DNA from: a virus
Taxonomy: Duplodnaviria > Heunggongvirae > Uroviricota > Caudoviricetes
Direction: 5' to 3' (one strand)
Length of the DNA: 64,000 bases
Virus record (IMG/VR): IMGVR_UViG_3300025913_000020
Shown here: positions 25,799 to 34,468 of the stretch, one piece after another
How the letters are laid out: each line of letters begins with the position of its first letter
Numbering within the stretch: the first letter of the stretch is position 1
Program-made: the position numbers and the translations under genes
Notes under the pieces: generated by a model
Told to the model about the DNA's origin: nothing
The model's database searches: none
What the model saw: the letters and a program-made list of their open reading frames with translations, nothing else

Positions 25799-26361
25799 GC
25801 GCGTCCGGGGATGGAGCGTTCATGGCGTTCGAAGGACATTGGACTGGGCTTGTCCTCCATGTCCTTTTTCTTCTGCGCTTCGGTCATCTTTTTGATGGCC
25901 GGTCCGGTGAGACGGCGGATGTCAAAATCATGGCAGCGGACCATGCCGCCGCTTTTATCGCGCTCGCCCTGGGGTTGAACGTTGACGTGTAGGCATCCGC
26001 TCATGAAAAGGACGAGGCCAATCGCGGTGCCCTTAAATCCGGTCGCGGTGTCTTCGACCTGCGTGCCGAGAATGTGCAGAGGGAGGTCACTGGGAAGTGG
26101 AATAACTTCACCGCCCTTGATGCGCGTGGGCACGATCCAGTGCATCTTGATCGGTTCGCGTGTTTCTCTGTCCAGGCCCTTCGGCTGGAAGCAATAGCTG
26201 TGGGTGAAGTCCATTCCGATTTCCATCAGCGTGATCATGCCTTTCATGTCGCTGGCGGTATCGGTGACCATGCCGCCGAGTTTGAACATCGTGGCAGGAG
26301 TGACTGTGACTGGAGTTTCAGGAGTTTTAGGAGTTTTGGTGGTTGATGGTTTTGGAGGCAT
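25795..26361 (-). CDS. hypothetical protein (188 aa), Thr/Pro-rich N-terminus
   Basis: ATG directly abuts motif 26363-26376. Confidence 0.5.
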   Translation of the reverse strand: MPPKPSTTKTPKTPETPVTVTPATMFKLGGMVTDTASDMKGMITLMEIGMDFTHSYCFQPKGLDRETREPIKMHWIVPTRIKGGEVIPLPSDLPLHILGTQVEDTATGFKGTAIGLVLFMSGCLHVNVQPQGERDKSGGMVRCHDFDIRRLTGPAIKKMTEAQKKKDMEDKPSPMSFERHERSIPGRA

Positions 26362-26362
26362 A

Positions 26363-26417
26363 ATGTTTACAATTTTGAGATGCTGTTATTGGCTTTATAG
26401 ATTTGATTGTCAACAAT
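26363..26417 (-). promoter_or_regulatory. two palindromes ATGTTTACAATTTT and ATTGTCAACAATTTTT in 58-nt intergenic region
   Basis: second copy has CA centre (ATTGT-CA-ACAAT). Confidence 0.5.
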
Positions 26418-26419
26418 TT

Positions 26420-26830
26420 TTATTTGGACTTCTTCACCGGAGTTTTTGGATCAGGCGCTGTCAATTTGAACGCCGGTGAGCGAATGCACAGATTCTGAAT
26501 CTGGTGGCTGCTGTAATTGCCGTAGAAGACCGAGACTTCATATCCAGGAACACGGCCATGGAGGACATTGAAGATCGTAGTCAATTCTTCGGTCGGGTCC
26601 GTGCTGATCGCCTGGATGTAGCCCTCCTGGTGACTGGAGGCCACAGTATTGATCCCGGCGTTGCGGAGCATACGGACCCATTCTCGTACTCCTTCTTCCA
26701 TCTTGCCGTAGAAGCTATTGTTTGCTTCCAGGCCGAAGCTGATGCTCGCACCGGCTTCATGGGCGGCGCGAACCATGGTTTCCAATGTAAGGTTTGGTTT
26801 TTGCTTTTGTTTAGTTGGTGGCTTTTTCAT
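26420..26830 (-). CDS. hypothetical protein (136 aa)
   Basis: start at MKKPPTKQKQ; upstream part of track ORF looks out of frame. Confidence 0.4.
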   Translation of the reverse strand: MKKPPTKQKQKPNLTLETMVRAAHEAGASISFGLEANNSFYGKMEEGVREWVRMLRNAGINTVASSHQEGYIQAISTDPTEELTTIFNVLHGRVPGYEVSVFYGNYSSHQIQNLCIRSPAFKLTAPDPKTPVKKSK

Positions 26831-26879
26831 TTTCCCTTTCCCGTGCGCGGTCGCTTCCCGTCCGGCGACCGCGTTGAAA

Positions 26880-27539
26880 TCAAGCAGCTTTTTGGAGCCG
26901 TGCCAGGCGCTTTTCCTCGTGCTGAGCGCAGATGGACTCTGGCTTGGGTTTGTCCATGCGGATGACGGCCCAGAAGTGGGTGAGGTAGCGTTTGGCATCA
27001 GCTTCGGTCCAAGCGTGGATGTAAACGCTATTGCTGTCCTGTTCGCCTTTGGTGACATTCTCATCTTTTACTTTTTCTAAGAACGTGTCGATCTGCTCAC
27101 GTCGGAGATCGTGCAGGCTCATGTGATAAACTCGCTTGCGACTGCCGACTTTAAGCTTTGGAACGTAACCCAGGTAGTTGATGAAGTACCAGTCAGTGCC
27201 CCAGGCCCCGCCGTACTCGTTGGGAATCTTTTTCCAGTCGAAGGGAATCATGTCTTCCGGCTCGGTCATTAGCAGGTACCACATGCCGGTTTCCTTCATG
27301 GAGAGATGACCTTCGTAACAGGTCTTATGGACCCACTCGTCGAGCATTCGCACCATGTACTGGTTGCGGAAAGATTCGGCGGTTACGTCCCATCCCTTTT
27401 TACAGATGGGGCATGTTTGACCACGCATGTCGGAGATGATCGTGGAGACAGTTCTCCCGTGTTCGTCCCAACACACGTTTAATTGTCCGTAGTCATCGAA
27501 CCCGAGATTGTGAGCGAGGGGTCTTACGATTTGGTTCAT
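26880..27539 (-). CDS. hypothetical protein (219 aa) with CPIC zinc motif
   Basis: complete ORF. Confidence 0.5.
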   Translation of the reverse strand: MNQIVRPLAHNLGFDDYGQLNVCWDEHGRTVSTIISDMRGQTCPICKKGWDVTAESFRNQYMVRMLDEWVHKTCYEGHLSMKETGMWYLLMTEPEDMIPFDWKKIPNEYGGAWGTDWYFINYLGYVPKLKVGSRKRVYHMSLHDLRREQIDTFLEKVKDENVTKGEQDSNSVYIHAWTEADAKRYLTHFWAVIRMDKPKPESICAQHEEKRLARLQKAA

Positions 27540-27759
27540 GTTTGGTGGTTTTAGGTTTGGTAAAATAGCCGAAGCCCTTGGCGCGAAGCGTGGCCATGGG
27601 TGCGCCTTTTGGTTTCACGCTGGCTGAGCCGCCACGCACGAAAAAGTCATGCAGCGCGGTCAGAAACTTCTGTTGCTCCGGGTCATCGGTTTTGATTTCG
27701 AGCAGGCGGCAGCCGTCACTCATGCAGCCCTTGCGGGGCGCTTTGGCGTAAATTTCCAT
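27493..27759 (-). CDS. hypothetical protein (88 aa)
   Basis: 47-nt overlap. Confidence 0.35.
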   Translation of the reverse strand: MEIYAKAPRKGCMSDGCRLLEIKTDDPEQQKFLTALHDFFVRGGSASVKPKGAPMATLRAKGFGYFTKPKTTKHEPNRKTPRSQSRVR

Positions 27760-27761
27760 AA

Positions 27762-28217
27762 TTAGAAAGGGATAGGGACTTTGAAATTCGCGAGCGTGAA
27801 CATCACCAGGGCCAGCGGGATGGTTTCGTAGTGGTCCTTCTGAGGATCGCCGTAGCAGTAGCCGTCTTCGAACTTCCAGAGCTGAAGCGGGTGCTGGTCA
27901 TCGACCGTAAGCGACATCTCCATGATCTCAACCACGTAATCGTCATCCTTGTGGTAGGCCGGGATGTCAGCGTCGATTTCGTCGTCCGGGTGCGGGTGGT
28001 CCACGCGGATCATGCCGTGACGCTTCTGGTGCTCTGCGGGCACCTGGAGGGAACAGAATGGCTTCACGGCTGGCCGCCAGTTCTTGTCGCCCTTGGGAAT
28101 GCCTTTCGTTTCCTCCTGGCCGGGGAAGTAAAACCAAGCGTAGCCAAACAGGTGAATGGCCACTAACTTGTCGATCTCTTTTAGCTGCTCGTCCGTGAAC
28201 TTCTTTATGGCTTGCAT
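27762..28217 (-). CDS. hypothetical protein (151 aa)
   Basis: complete ORF. Confidence 0.5.
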   Translation of the reverse strand: MQAIKKFTDEQLKEIDKLVAIHLFGYAWFYFPGQEETKGIPKGDKNWRPAVKPFCSLQVPAEHQKRHGMIRVDHPHPDDEIDADIPAYHKDDDYVVEIMEMSLTVDDQHPLQLWKFEDGYCYGDPQKDHYETIPLALVMFTLANFKVPIPF

Positions 28218-28411
28218 CTTATTTCAGGCCCAACGTTCAGCCCGGCAAATGCCCACTGTGGCGGATTCTTGACTTCGTGCATCACCGCACGCGCTTCTGC
28301 TTCGCGACGGTCTTCGCACTCGGCCACTCGTCTCCAAACCGTCTCGGTAACATCCGAGGGTTTGGTGACCAGGGTCGCGTACACAGCCCAGGGCAACGGT
28401 TCAGCCTTCAC
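28205..28411 (-). CDS. hypothetical protein (68 aa)
   Basis: weak. Confidence 0.3.
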   Translation of the reverse strand: MKAEPLPWAVYATLVTKPSDVTETVWRRVAECEDRREAEARAVMHEVKNPPQWAFAGLNVGPEIRCKP

Positions 28412-28791
28412 GCTACTTCGAGATCAAATAGTGTAACGGCAAATCTGCTTATGGCGTAATTGATATTCCGGTCGATCACGAGGAGGCGCTTGGCCACCGG
28501 GTGATGCCCGTTTATGTGAACTCTGTTTTGGTCGTCCAACTCCATCGCGAGTTCGTATCCCATCTCGCGAGCTTTTTCCATGCACCGGAGCCACACCATC
28601 TGGGAGGCAATCGGGTTGGCAGTCGGATAAAAAAGTTTTACGTGTTGAAATTTCCAGCCGCTGTCAACGCGGCTGTACCAGTCGTCATTCCACAAGGTCC
28701 AGCCCATGACCTTTTCAGCAATCACTTTGTCCATTTTTCGATTAGGGCTGTCTTCCACAGGCTTGCTAAAATCTAAGGTCAAAACTGGCAT
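28408..28791 (-). CDS. hypothetical protein (127 aa)
   Basis: start MPVLTLDF 28 nt after motif; track ORF start 28830 is the motif translated as MFTI. Confidence 0.45.
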   Translation of the reverse strand: MPVLTLDFSKPVEDSPNRKMDKVIAEKVMGWTLWNDDWYSRVDSGWKFQHVKLFYPTANPIASQMVWLRCMEKAREMGYELAMELDDQNRVHINGHHPVAKRLLVIDRNINYAISRFAVTLFDLEVA

Positions 28792-28816
28792 GTCAGAGAT
28801 ATTTACCTGACGTGAC

Positions 28817-28839
28817 GAAATTGTAAACAATTTTTATTT
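28817..28839 (-). promoter_or_regulatory. motif GAAATTGTAAACAATTTTTATTT
   Basis: intergenic; perfect 12-bp palindrome ATTGTAAACAAT. Confidence 0.55.
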
Positions 28840-29298
28840 AACTTCGCGATATTCTTTTACCTTAACAAAGGCAAGGACTTCCGAGTCGTCATTGAAATCG
28901 CTTAAGTTGCCGTTGCTACCTGGCAGCTTCTCCCAGATATTACCGTCCTTTTCGAACAGTCCGCCATCAGGAATATCACGGACGGCACAAACGCGTCCGG
29001 TCGGCACGCATTTCAAGGGCGAACCATCCGGCAGCGTGATCAGACGCATTTCTTTTTTGTTTTTGCGTGCCGCCTGCCTGAGCGTGATCGGCACGTAGCA
29101 AAACTGATTCGGATCATCGGTGACTGGATCAAACTTCTGCTTCGTGAATCTGCCGTGCCAGGTGCCGGTGTGGCACTCCGAACACAGGATCATGCCGCTG
29201 CTTTTCTTCTTACCGGAGTCAACCAGGCGCGTCCAGTAGTTGCCGTGGAGCGCGGTGTTGTCGATACCGTGGCATTTGTCGCAAACGAACAGTGGCAT
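28834..29298 (-). CDS. Cys/His-rich zinc-binding protein (154 aa)
   Basis: CDKCHG...CSECHTGTWHG. Confidence 0.5.
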   Translation of the reverse strand: MPLFVCDKCHGIDNTALHGNYWTRLVDSGKKKSSGMILCSECHTGTWHGRFTKQKFDPVTDDPNQFCYVPITLRQAARKNKKEMRLITLPDGSPLKCVPTGRVCAVRDIPDGGLFEKDGNIWEKLPGSNGNLSDFNDDSEVLAFVKVKEYREVK

Positions 29299-29618
29299 TA
29301 GTCAACAATCAGAGTTTTTGAAACAGCGTATTCTCGAAAATCCGGTTTTGGTCGCTTCAGCACCATCTTGCGAAAATTGTCACCGTACTCGCCTTCCTCC
29401 TCCCATTTCATGGTGCCTTCGGCCAGGCCGACGACGTTCCTGAAAAAGTCGATACCGTGCGTGGTGGACGTGGTCAGTCCGCGTGAATACTTCTTCGAGA
29501 ACCACATCTTCAGGTCCACGAACAGATCGGGGAAGCGCCACGGTGGGGCCAGGTTGAGGATGTGCTCGCACGCTTTTGCGCATTCGAGCATCGGGTCTGG
29601 CGGGGTGGATTCAGTCAT
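29298..29618 (-). CDS. hypothetical protein (106 aa)
   Basis: start MTESTPPD, ATGA overlap with 29615. Confidence 0.4.
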   Translation of the reverse strand: MTESTPPDPMLECAKACEHILNLAPPWRFPDLFVDLKMWFSKKYSRGLTTSTTHGIDFFRNVVGLAEGTMKWEEEGEYGDNFRKMVLKRPKPDFREYAVSKTLIVD

Positions 29619-29842
29619 AAGATGTTTACGCTTTGAGCGAAGGTCAGCCTGCCCTTGGAGCGCCCGGTGATCTGGCGTGCGAATGCTTTTGTTACCAGGC
29701 CCTTCGACGTACGATCGAGAGCGATCCATTTCACTTCATTACGCACGTCGGTCATTGTGGGACATTGAAAAGCGCGCACCTGGTTGCGCTCGCCCGTTAC
29801 CACAACGGACCAGTGCCCGACCTTATCGCTGTTGTCGATCAT
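29615..29842 (-). CDS. hypothetical protein (75 aa)
   Basis: operon context. Confidence 0.4.
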   Translation of the reverse strand: MIDNSDKVGHWSVVVTGERNQVRAFQCPTMTDVRNEVKWIALDRTSKGLVTKAFARQITGRSKGRLTFAQSVNIL

Positions 29843-30273
29843 GCGCGCTCAAATGCGTGCCAGACGAGCCGACCGCCGAGCTGTTGAAATGTTCCGATGT
29901 AGCGACGATTGGCTTCTTCCGTAGGATTGCCTGTGCCGATGATCTCAATCTCCCGGCGCTGTTTCGGCGCTTTGGGATTAACCATTGCCCAGATGGCCGG
30001 GGTTTCGCCCTGTACTTGAACGGTCAGGATTTTTGCCCCCTCCGGCATCATCACGTTTTGGATGCCTGTTATTTCAAGAGGAAATTTCCAGATGGTTTTC
30101 GCATCGCCTGCGGGCGATTCTTCTTCCTGGTTCCAGAAATCACTGAGCCATTGCATCTCCTTGGAGTACATGTCGGCCCAAGTAGAAAGACCCGGCTGAG
30201 CGTCATCAAGCAGTGATTTGAGCCGGTTTACGTGCTCACGTATGGTATCGAGGTTTGGGGTGGATGAGTTCAT
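29839..30273 (-). CDS. hypothetical protein (144 aa)
   Basis: ATGA overlap. Confidence 0.5.
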   Translation of the reverse strand: MNSSTPNLDTIREHVNRLKSLLDDAQPGLSTWADMYSKEMQWLSDFWNQEEESPAGDAKTIWKFPLEITGIQNVMMPEGAKILTVQVQGETPAIWAMVNPKAPKQRREIEIIGTGNPTEEANRRYIGTFQQLGGRLVWHAFERA

Positions 30274-30275
30274 AG

Positions 30276-30545
30276 TTAGGTTTCTTCAGTTTCTTCAGTT
30301 TTCATGGAAACGTCGGTTGGCGTTTCTTTTTCTTCGTGCTTGAGATCGCGGGCGTAGATCGCGTAATCGACACCTTGTTGCAGACCGACGTGGTTGATGA
30401 ACCCAGTCAGCACGGCGTCCACGATTTCCTGGGAAGGCGCTTCTTTCAGGTCGTGCATGTGGGAATTGCGCTGGTAGTGGTCTGCGTCCTTGCGGAATTG
30501 ACGGGCGTTCTTCGTCAGCATCTCAAGCAGTTCTATCTTTGTCAT
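30276..30545 (-). CDS. hypothetical acidic protein (89 aa)
   Basis: operon context. Confidence 0.4.
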   Translation of the reverse strand: MTKIELLEMLTKNARQFRKDADHYQRNSHMHDLKEAPSQEIVDAVLTGFINHVGLQQGVDYAIYARDLKHEEKETPTDVSMKTEETEET

Positions 30546-30789
30546 GGTGTTCCTGGGCTTTCTGTTTTAGTTCCTTCACTGTTTTGGCGTGGGCCTTGAA
30601 CCGGCCCTTCCAGAAAAGATCATATCCGTGCTCCGGCTTATGGATGCCGCGAAACGGTCGGCAATCCATGATCACGTACAAGCGGGCGAACCGCTTGCCG
30701 TAATACTGGCCGTCCTCCACCCAGTGGCGGTGCTGGTTCCGGCTGTAGCGCCAGTCCAGGGGTTTACTGCTTGGCGCGGTCTTCGACAT
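30523..30789 (-). CDS. hypothetical protein (88 aa)
   Basis: start [10 protein letters not shown]; upstream part of track ORF 30523..31056 overlaps ACP out of frame and is rejected. Confidence 0.35.
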   Translation of the reverse strand: MSKTAPSSKPLDWRYSRNQHRHWVEDGQYYGKRFARLYVIMDCRPFRGIHKPEHGYDLFWKGRFKAHAKTVKELKQKAQEHHDKDRTA

Positions 30790-31018
30790 ACTTTTGGAGC
30801 TTCCCGAACGTCTGGAGCTTTTCCGCGTCCTCGTCCGAGATTTCGAAACCAAATTCTTCCTCAATGGCCATGAGGACTTCAACGGCGTCGAGGGAGTCCG
30901 CTCCGAGATCGTCAATGAAGTTGGTTTCGGGTTTGAGCTGCGATTCATCGACGCTAAGCTGCTCGACGATGACTTCTTTAAGGCGCTGTTCGACAGTTTT
31001 ATTAGTAGAATTTGACAT
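30764..31018 (-). CDS. acpP: acyl carrier protein
   Basis: 84 aa; [17 protein letters not shown] = ACP phosphopantetheine-attachment (DSL) motif; acidic helical composition. Confidence 0.8.
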   Translation of the reverse strand: MSNSTNKTVEQRLKEVIVEQLSVDESQLKPETNFIDDLGADSLDAVEVLMAIEEEFGFEISDEDAEKLQTFGKLQKYVEDRAKQ

Positions 31019-31022
31019 AGGT

Positions 31023-31040
31023 GAAAATGTTTACGTTTTG
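31023..31040 (-). promoter_or_regulatory. motif GAAAATGTTTACGTTTTG 5 nt upstream of ACP ATG
   Basis: intergenic 31019-31060. Confidence 0.45.
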
Positions 31041-31060
31041 TCTTTCGGTTGGTCAAGCGC

Positions 31061-31462
31061 TCATTGACGGGGTGGCCTCATTTTCTTTTCGGTCCACGCG
31101 GCGTGCATCCCGTCAACGTCCTTTTTCATTCTTTCCACGGTCTCATTGAGCGAGTCCATGGCGGCCTTCTGTGCTTTAGCGCGGTCGCCTTCAAGGAAAT
31201 AAACGTTCCGTCCGACTTCATCTGGGCGATCGTACATGCGGACTCGGCGCACCTGCATGATCTCGTCCGCTTTCACGCGTTCGTGCAGGCCGACAGAAAA
31301 TCCCTGCTGACGCAGCTCGTGCGTGACCATCTGCGGAAGGTAGTTTTTACCTGTGAACTTGACCGCGTACTTGCGGATGCTGGCTGCGATGCCAGTCGGA
31401 TCGACCGCGACGACAAACTCGTACAGGGTGATGATTTCAGTTTTTGGCGCGGCGGTTTTCAT
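31061..31462 (-). CDS. hypothetical protein (133 aa)
   Basis: complete ORF. Confidence 0.5.
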   Translation of the reverse strand: MKTAAPKTEIITLYEFVVAVDPTGIAASIRKYAVKFTGKNYLPQMVTHELRQQGFSVGLHERVKADEIMQVRRVRMYDRPDEVGRNVYFLEGDRAKAQKAAMDSLNETVERMKKDVDGMHAAWTEKKMRPPRQ

Positions 31463-31727
31463 CTTTCCATTTCAGGTATTTTTCCAAGTTTGCGATCCCG
31501 TCCAGCATGGCTTCACGGATCATCGTGTCATCACATCGACTGGCATCCCATTTCCATTTGGTTATGACGTGAGCCACATCTTCCAGGGGCTGAGTCTTGA
31601 TCCAAGCCACGGCGCGCTTCACGTTGTGCATCGCCCACCAGAGGCGGACGCGCAGCACCGTGTAAGTCCAGAACCACACCAGGTGGTCACTCAACGACTT
31701 CCGCTTGTTCGATTTGCTTTTTATCAT
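31437..31727 (-). CDS. hypothetical protein (96 aa)
   Basis: overlap 26 nt. Confidence 0.4.
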   Translation of the reverse strand: MIKSKSNKRKSLSDHLVWFWTYTVLRVRLWWAMHNVKRAVAWIKTQPLEDVAHVITKWKWDASRCDDTMIREAMLDGIANLEKYLKWKDENRRAKN

Positions 31728-32469
31728 TTTTCGGTACGGGTGGCAGCAGGGCGACTCCAGCCAGATTAGTAAGCGTCTGCATGATTCTCTCTGGCGTCAG
31801 GAACTCCGCCAGGCGCTTGCGCAGCTCGTCGATGCGCTTGGAAAATTCATCCAGGGCAGCACGATTCATCTCATTATCTTCGATGCACGCGATGATTTTG
31901 CCGCCGCTATCCGTAAACGCGCCCGGCCAGACCTTGATTTTCATCTCGTGGCCGGACCATTCCTTCATGAGGAATTTTCCGTCCCAGGTGGTGCCGCGAT
32001 AAACGCCCTTGTAGCTGAAGATGAGGCCGGTGCCGTCTCCGCCGCCCCAGGGGCGCTGCTGATCAATTTCTACCAGGAAGAAGTGTTCCCACTTCACTTC
32101 GAATTTTTTATCGAGCGCGCCCCACATTGCCTGGCGCAGGACTTCGATGTCAGTCCCCTCCATCTTGATGTCCAGTTCCTGGCAGACCAGCTCAAAGCTC
32201 ACGTTCCTGGTCGGATGCGGTGGTTCTTCAGACTGTTCAGTCTGTTTTTCCATGCGCAGCTCGATCTTGACGATTTTATTTTTGATGCGTTCTTTCCGGC
32301 GCTCATGCCGGTCGATGTGTTTGCGCTGGTCGCGTCCGCGCTCATCTTTGTCCTCGTCCTCGGGTGAGACGTAGTCCAGGCGCTCGATCTCAACATCCTT
32401 GACTTTGTAAACCCAGGTGTCGATGAGCTTGTACGGGTTGTGACGAGACGATCCTAGTTCGCGTGGCAT
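31687..32469 (-). CDS. hypothetical protein (260 aa), charged N-terminal region
   Basis: complete ORF. Confidence 0.5.
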   Translation of the reverse strand: MPRELGSSRHNPYKLIDTWVYKVKDVEIERLDYVSPEDEDKDERGRDQRKHIDRHERRKERIKNKIVKIELRMEKQTEQSEEPPHPTRNVSFELVCQELDIKMEGTDIEVLRQAMWGALDKKFEVKWEHFFLVEIDQQRPWGGGDGTGLIFSYKGVYRGTTWDGKFLMKEWSGHEMKIKVWPGAFTDSGGKIIACIEDNEMNRAALDEFSKRIDELRKRLAEFLTPERIMQTLTNLAGVALLPPVPKNDKKQIEQAEVVE

Positions 32470-32472
32470 AAA

Positions 32473-32796
32473 TTAGCTTTTAGGGGTGAAGAACTGAGTC
32501 TGGGAAAAGTGGCAATGGCCGATGCGCCCTGGCCTGCCGACCGGACAGCCGAGCGTCCGGGCATGGTGTTCGCCCTTTACCTTTTTGCAGTGTTTGCACT
32601 TCACTGGCTTCGGGGCCAGGACACGAGGCTGAACGAGCGCGGTAGTGACTTCCTCAGCATCGCCGTAGTCGCCATTCTCTACAAATCTGACGAAGCAGTT
32701 GGTGCGTCCCATGCGGTAACTGACGAAAACACCGTTGCCACGGTTGGCGTGGGTGACGAGGTCGCCCGTCACGAATTGATGCTTCTTTTTTGCCAT
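32473..32796 (-). CDS. hypothetical protein (107 aa) with CKHC motif
   Basis: ATG MAKKKHQ 32 nt after motif; track uses upstream TTG. Confidence 0.45.
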   Translation of the reverse strand: MAKKKHQFVTGDLVTHANRGNGVFVSYRMGRTNCFVRFVENGDYGDAEEVTTALVQPRVLAPKPVKCKHCKKVKGEHHARTLGCPVGRPGRIGHCHFSQTQFFTPKS

Positions 32797-32820
32797 GCAC
32801 AATACACTTACACTATTGAC

Positions 32821-32844
32821 GTAAAATTGTAAACATTTTTTATT
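32821..32844 (-). promoter_or_regulatory. motif GTAAAATTGTAAACATTTTTTATT
   Basis: between terminator 32852-32880 and gene start 32796. Confidence 0.55.
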
Positions 32845-32851
32845 ACGAAAA

Positions 32852-32890
32852 AAGCGGCCTGGAATTGCTCCCAGGCCGCTTGGTTTAATC
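32852..32890 (-). terminator. Rho-independent terminator (10-bp GC stem AGCGGCCTGG/CCAGGCCGCT, loop ~9 nt, then UUUUUUCGUAAUAAAAAA on minus transcript)
   Basis: immediately after stop of 32899..33918. Confidence 0.7.
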
Positions 32891-32898
32891 GAGTGATT

Positions 32899-33918
32899 TT
32901 AAGGAGCCGGATGGCCCGTCATCAGATCATTGGTGGTCATGCCGAACGCTTTCATCTGGTCTGCATCCATTTCCACCCACGGCTGGACGGTGAAGGCTTT
33001 CTTGTTTACGAGCTGGCCAGCAATGTGCGGGCTAATGTCGTTGGTAGGTTGGAGGTAATTGCGGAAGTACAGCGGATACGGTTGATTGGTCGGGTAGGTC
33101 TTGAAGAAGACCGAGAAGCGCGCTCGCGTACCGTACAGCGGCGGATTGAGCGACGGATCATTCGTCCAGTTCACCGTATTTGTATTGCAGACGACATAAC
33201 CGTAGTCGGTGAACAATTCCAAATGATTGGTCGGCTCCAACAGGTCTGTCGCGAGATGGTCGGTCGTGTTGGTGTTTGGTGTCAGGCCCCAGGTTGGCAG
33301 CGGCCAGGCCCAGTTGACGTAACCGTGGTACGTGCCGGGACAACCGCCAGAAGTGCCACCAATGAAACCGTTCGTGGCCGCGTGTACCCACGCAACAAAT
33401 CCCGGCTGCTGGACTGCCCGCCAGAATAAGTTTACGCCGGGGATGTTGGGGCCACCGACCATCTGCACGGTGTACTCGCTGTCGTTAGTCGTGCCGATGA
33501 AGATGCCGCCGAGATCATTCCAGTTGGTTGAACCGAGATCGGTTGTCCACTGAACGGTGTAGGCTCTCGTGGGGTCTGTGTTGGTTACCGCGATGTTGTA
33601 GTAGAGATTTCCGTACGGGGCAGCCGTAGCAGCATCAAAGGGACTCGCGCCCGCGCTCACCAGTAGGTTGTTGCTGTCCACCATCCAGCCGTAGTTGGTG
33701 TACACCTGAACGAAGCCCGGTGTCAGAACGCTGGCCACGCGCACCAGCACGGCATCCAGCGGATACTCCTGAATGACTGGCGGTGGATTGGTGTAAGGCG
33801 GACAATTCGTGCATGGTGGACAGTCCGGGCACGGTACCGGCTGAGCAGATGCGTTGATAGAAGTTACGGCGATCAGGGTAGCGACCGCCCCGGCAAATAG
33901 GTTTCGTAATTTAGTCAT
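32899..33918 (-). CDS. secreted protein with Cys/Pro-rich N-terminal region
   Basis: 339 aa; signal peptide MTKLRNLFAGAVATLIAVTSINASA; PCPDCPPCTNCPPYTNPPP segment. Confidence 0.55.
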   Translation of the reverse strand: MTKLRNLFAGAVATLIAVTSINASAQPVPCPDCPPCTNCPPYTNPPPVIQEYPLDAVLVRVASVLTPGFVQVYTNYGWMVDSNNLLVSAGASPFDAATAAPYGNLYYNIAVTNTDPTRAYTVQWTTDLGSTNWNDLGGIFIGTTNDSEYTVQMVGGPNIPGVNLFWRAVQQPGFVAWVHAATNGFIGGTSGGCPGTYHGYVNWAWPLPTWGLTPNTNTTDHLATDLLEPTNHLELFTDYGYVVCNTNTVNWTNDPSLNPPLYGTRARFSVFFKTYPTNQPYPLYFRNYLQPTNDISPHIAGQLVNKKAFTVQPWVEMDADQMKAFGMTTNDLMTGHPAP

Positions 33919-33945
33919 CCACCAAAGAACGAAACCCGCAGAAAG

Positions 33946-33964
33946 GGAATTTGTTTACGCGGCG
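33946..33964 (-). promoter_or_regulatory. motif GGAATTTGTTTACGCGGCG ~30 nt upstream of ATG 33918
   Basis: overlaps stop of 33955..34179. Confidence 0.4.
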
Positions 33965-34179
33965 AAGGACTGTTCTTCGTGCTTCGGCTCTTTTGTCTTT
34001 TCGGATTTCGGGGGTTGACCAAGCGCGGAAAGCGGAATCGCGACCATTCCCAGGAGCTTCATCTGATGCTCGCTCATGGGCTTGCCGCAGGCTCCGCATT
34101 TTTCGTTTTTGGCACCGGTTCCAATGGTGAGCGTTTTGATTTTATCAATGAACGCCTTGTTAGCTGATTTCTTGCTCAT
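33955..34179 (-). CDS. hypothetical protein (74 aa) with CGACGK motif
   Basis: weak. Confidence 0.35.
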   Translation of the reverse strand: MSKKSANKAFIDKIKTLTIGTGAKNEKCGACGKPMSEHQMKLLGMVAIPLSALGQPPKSEKTKEPKHEEQSFAA

Positions 34180-34223
34180 ACGGTTGGACTTAACTATGAC
34201 TTCAGTTTTTCCAAAAGCAAGTC

Positions 34224-34463
34224 TTAGCCTGCTTGTTTGAGGATTTTCTCTAGCGCGAGAAACCGGTTTAAGAGAGCGTCGCGGATCACCGTGGCTTCGC
34301 GCCCGAGAGCTTCCTGGCCCAAGGAATGAGAGAGCTGTGCCAGTTCATGCAAAGACTTCGCTGCTGTTTCCATGGCATGACCCAGGACAACAGCTTTAGC
34401 GGCAGGCGTTAGGTGCCTGCCGCTAAGTACGATCGGTCTTTCTGGCTTCTTCCTGGAGGCCAT
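34224..34463 (-). CDS. hypothetical protein (79 aa)
   Basis: weak. Confidence 0.35.
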   Translation of the reverse strand: MASRKKPERPIVLSGRHLTPAAKAVVLGHAMETAAKSLHELAQLSHSLGQEALGREATVIRDALLNRFLALEKILKQAG

Positions 34464-34468
34464 CCGAT

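Noticed and set aside
28792-28830. Track starts that translate the promoter motif itself (MFTISS... at 28830; MFTILS... at 43804)
   Set aside because: The ATGTTTACAAT or TTGTTTACAAT start codon is the conserved regulatory palindrome, so true starts are the next in-frame ATG (28791, 43786).
30790-31056. N-terminal two-thirds of track ORF 30523..31056
   Set aside because: It overlaps the confidently called ACP gene in another frame and has a Ser/Lys/Arg-rich junk translation; only the part downstream of the ACP stop was kept.
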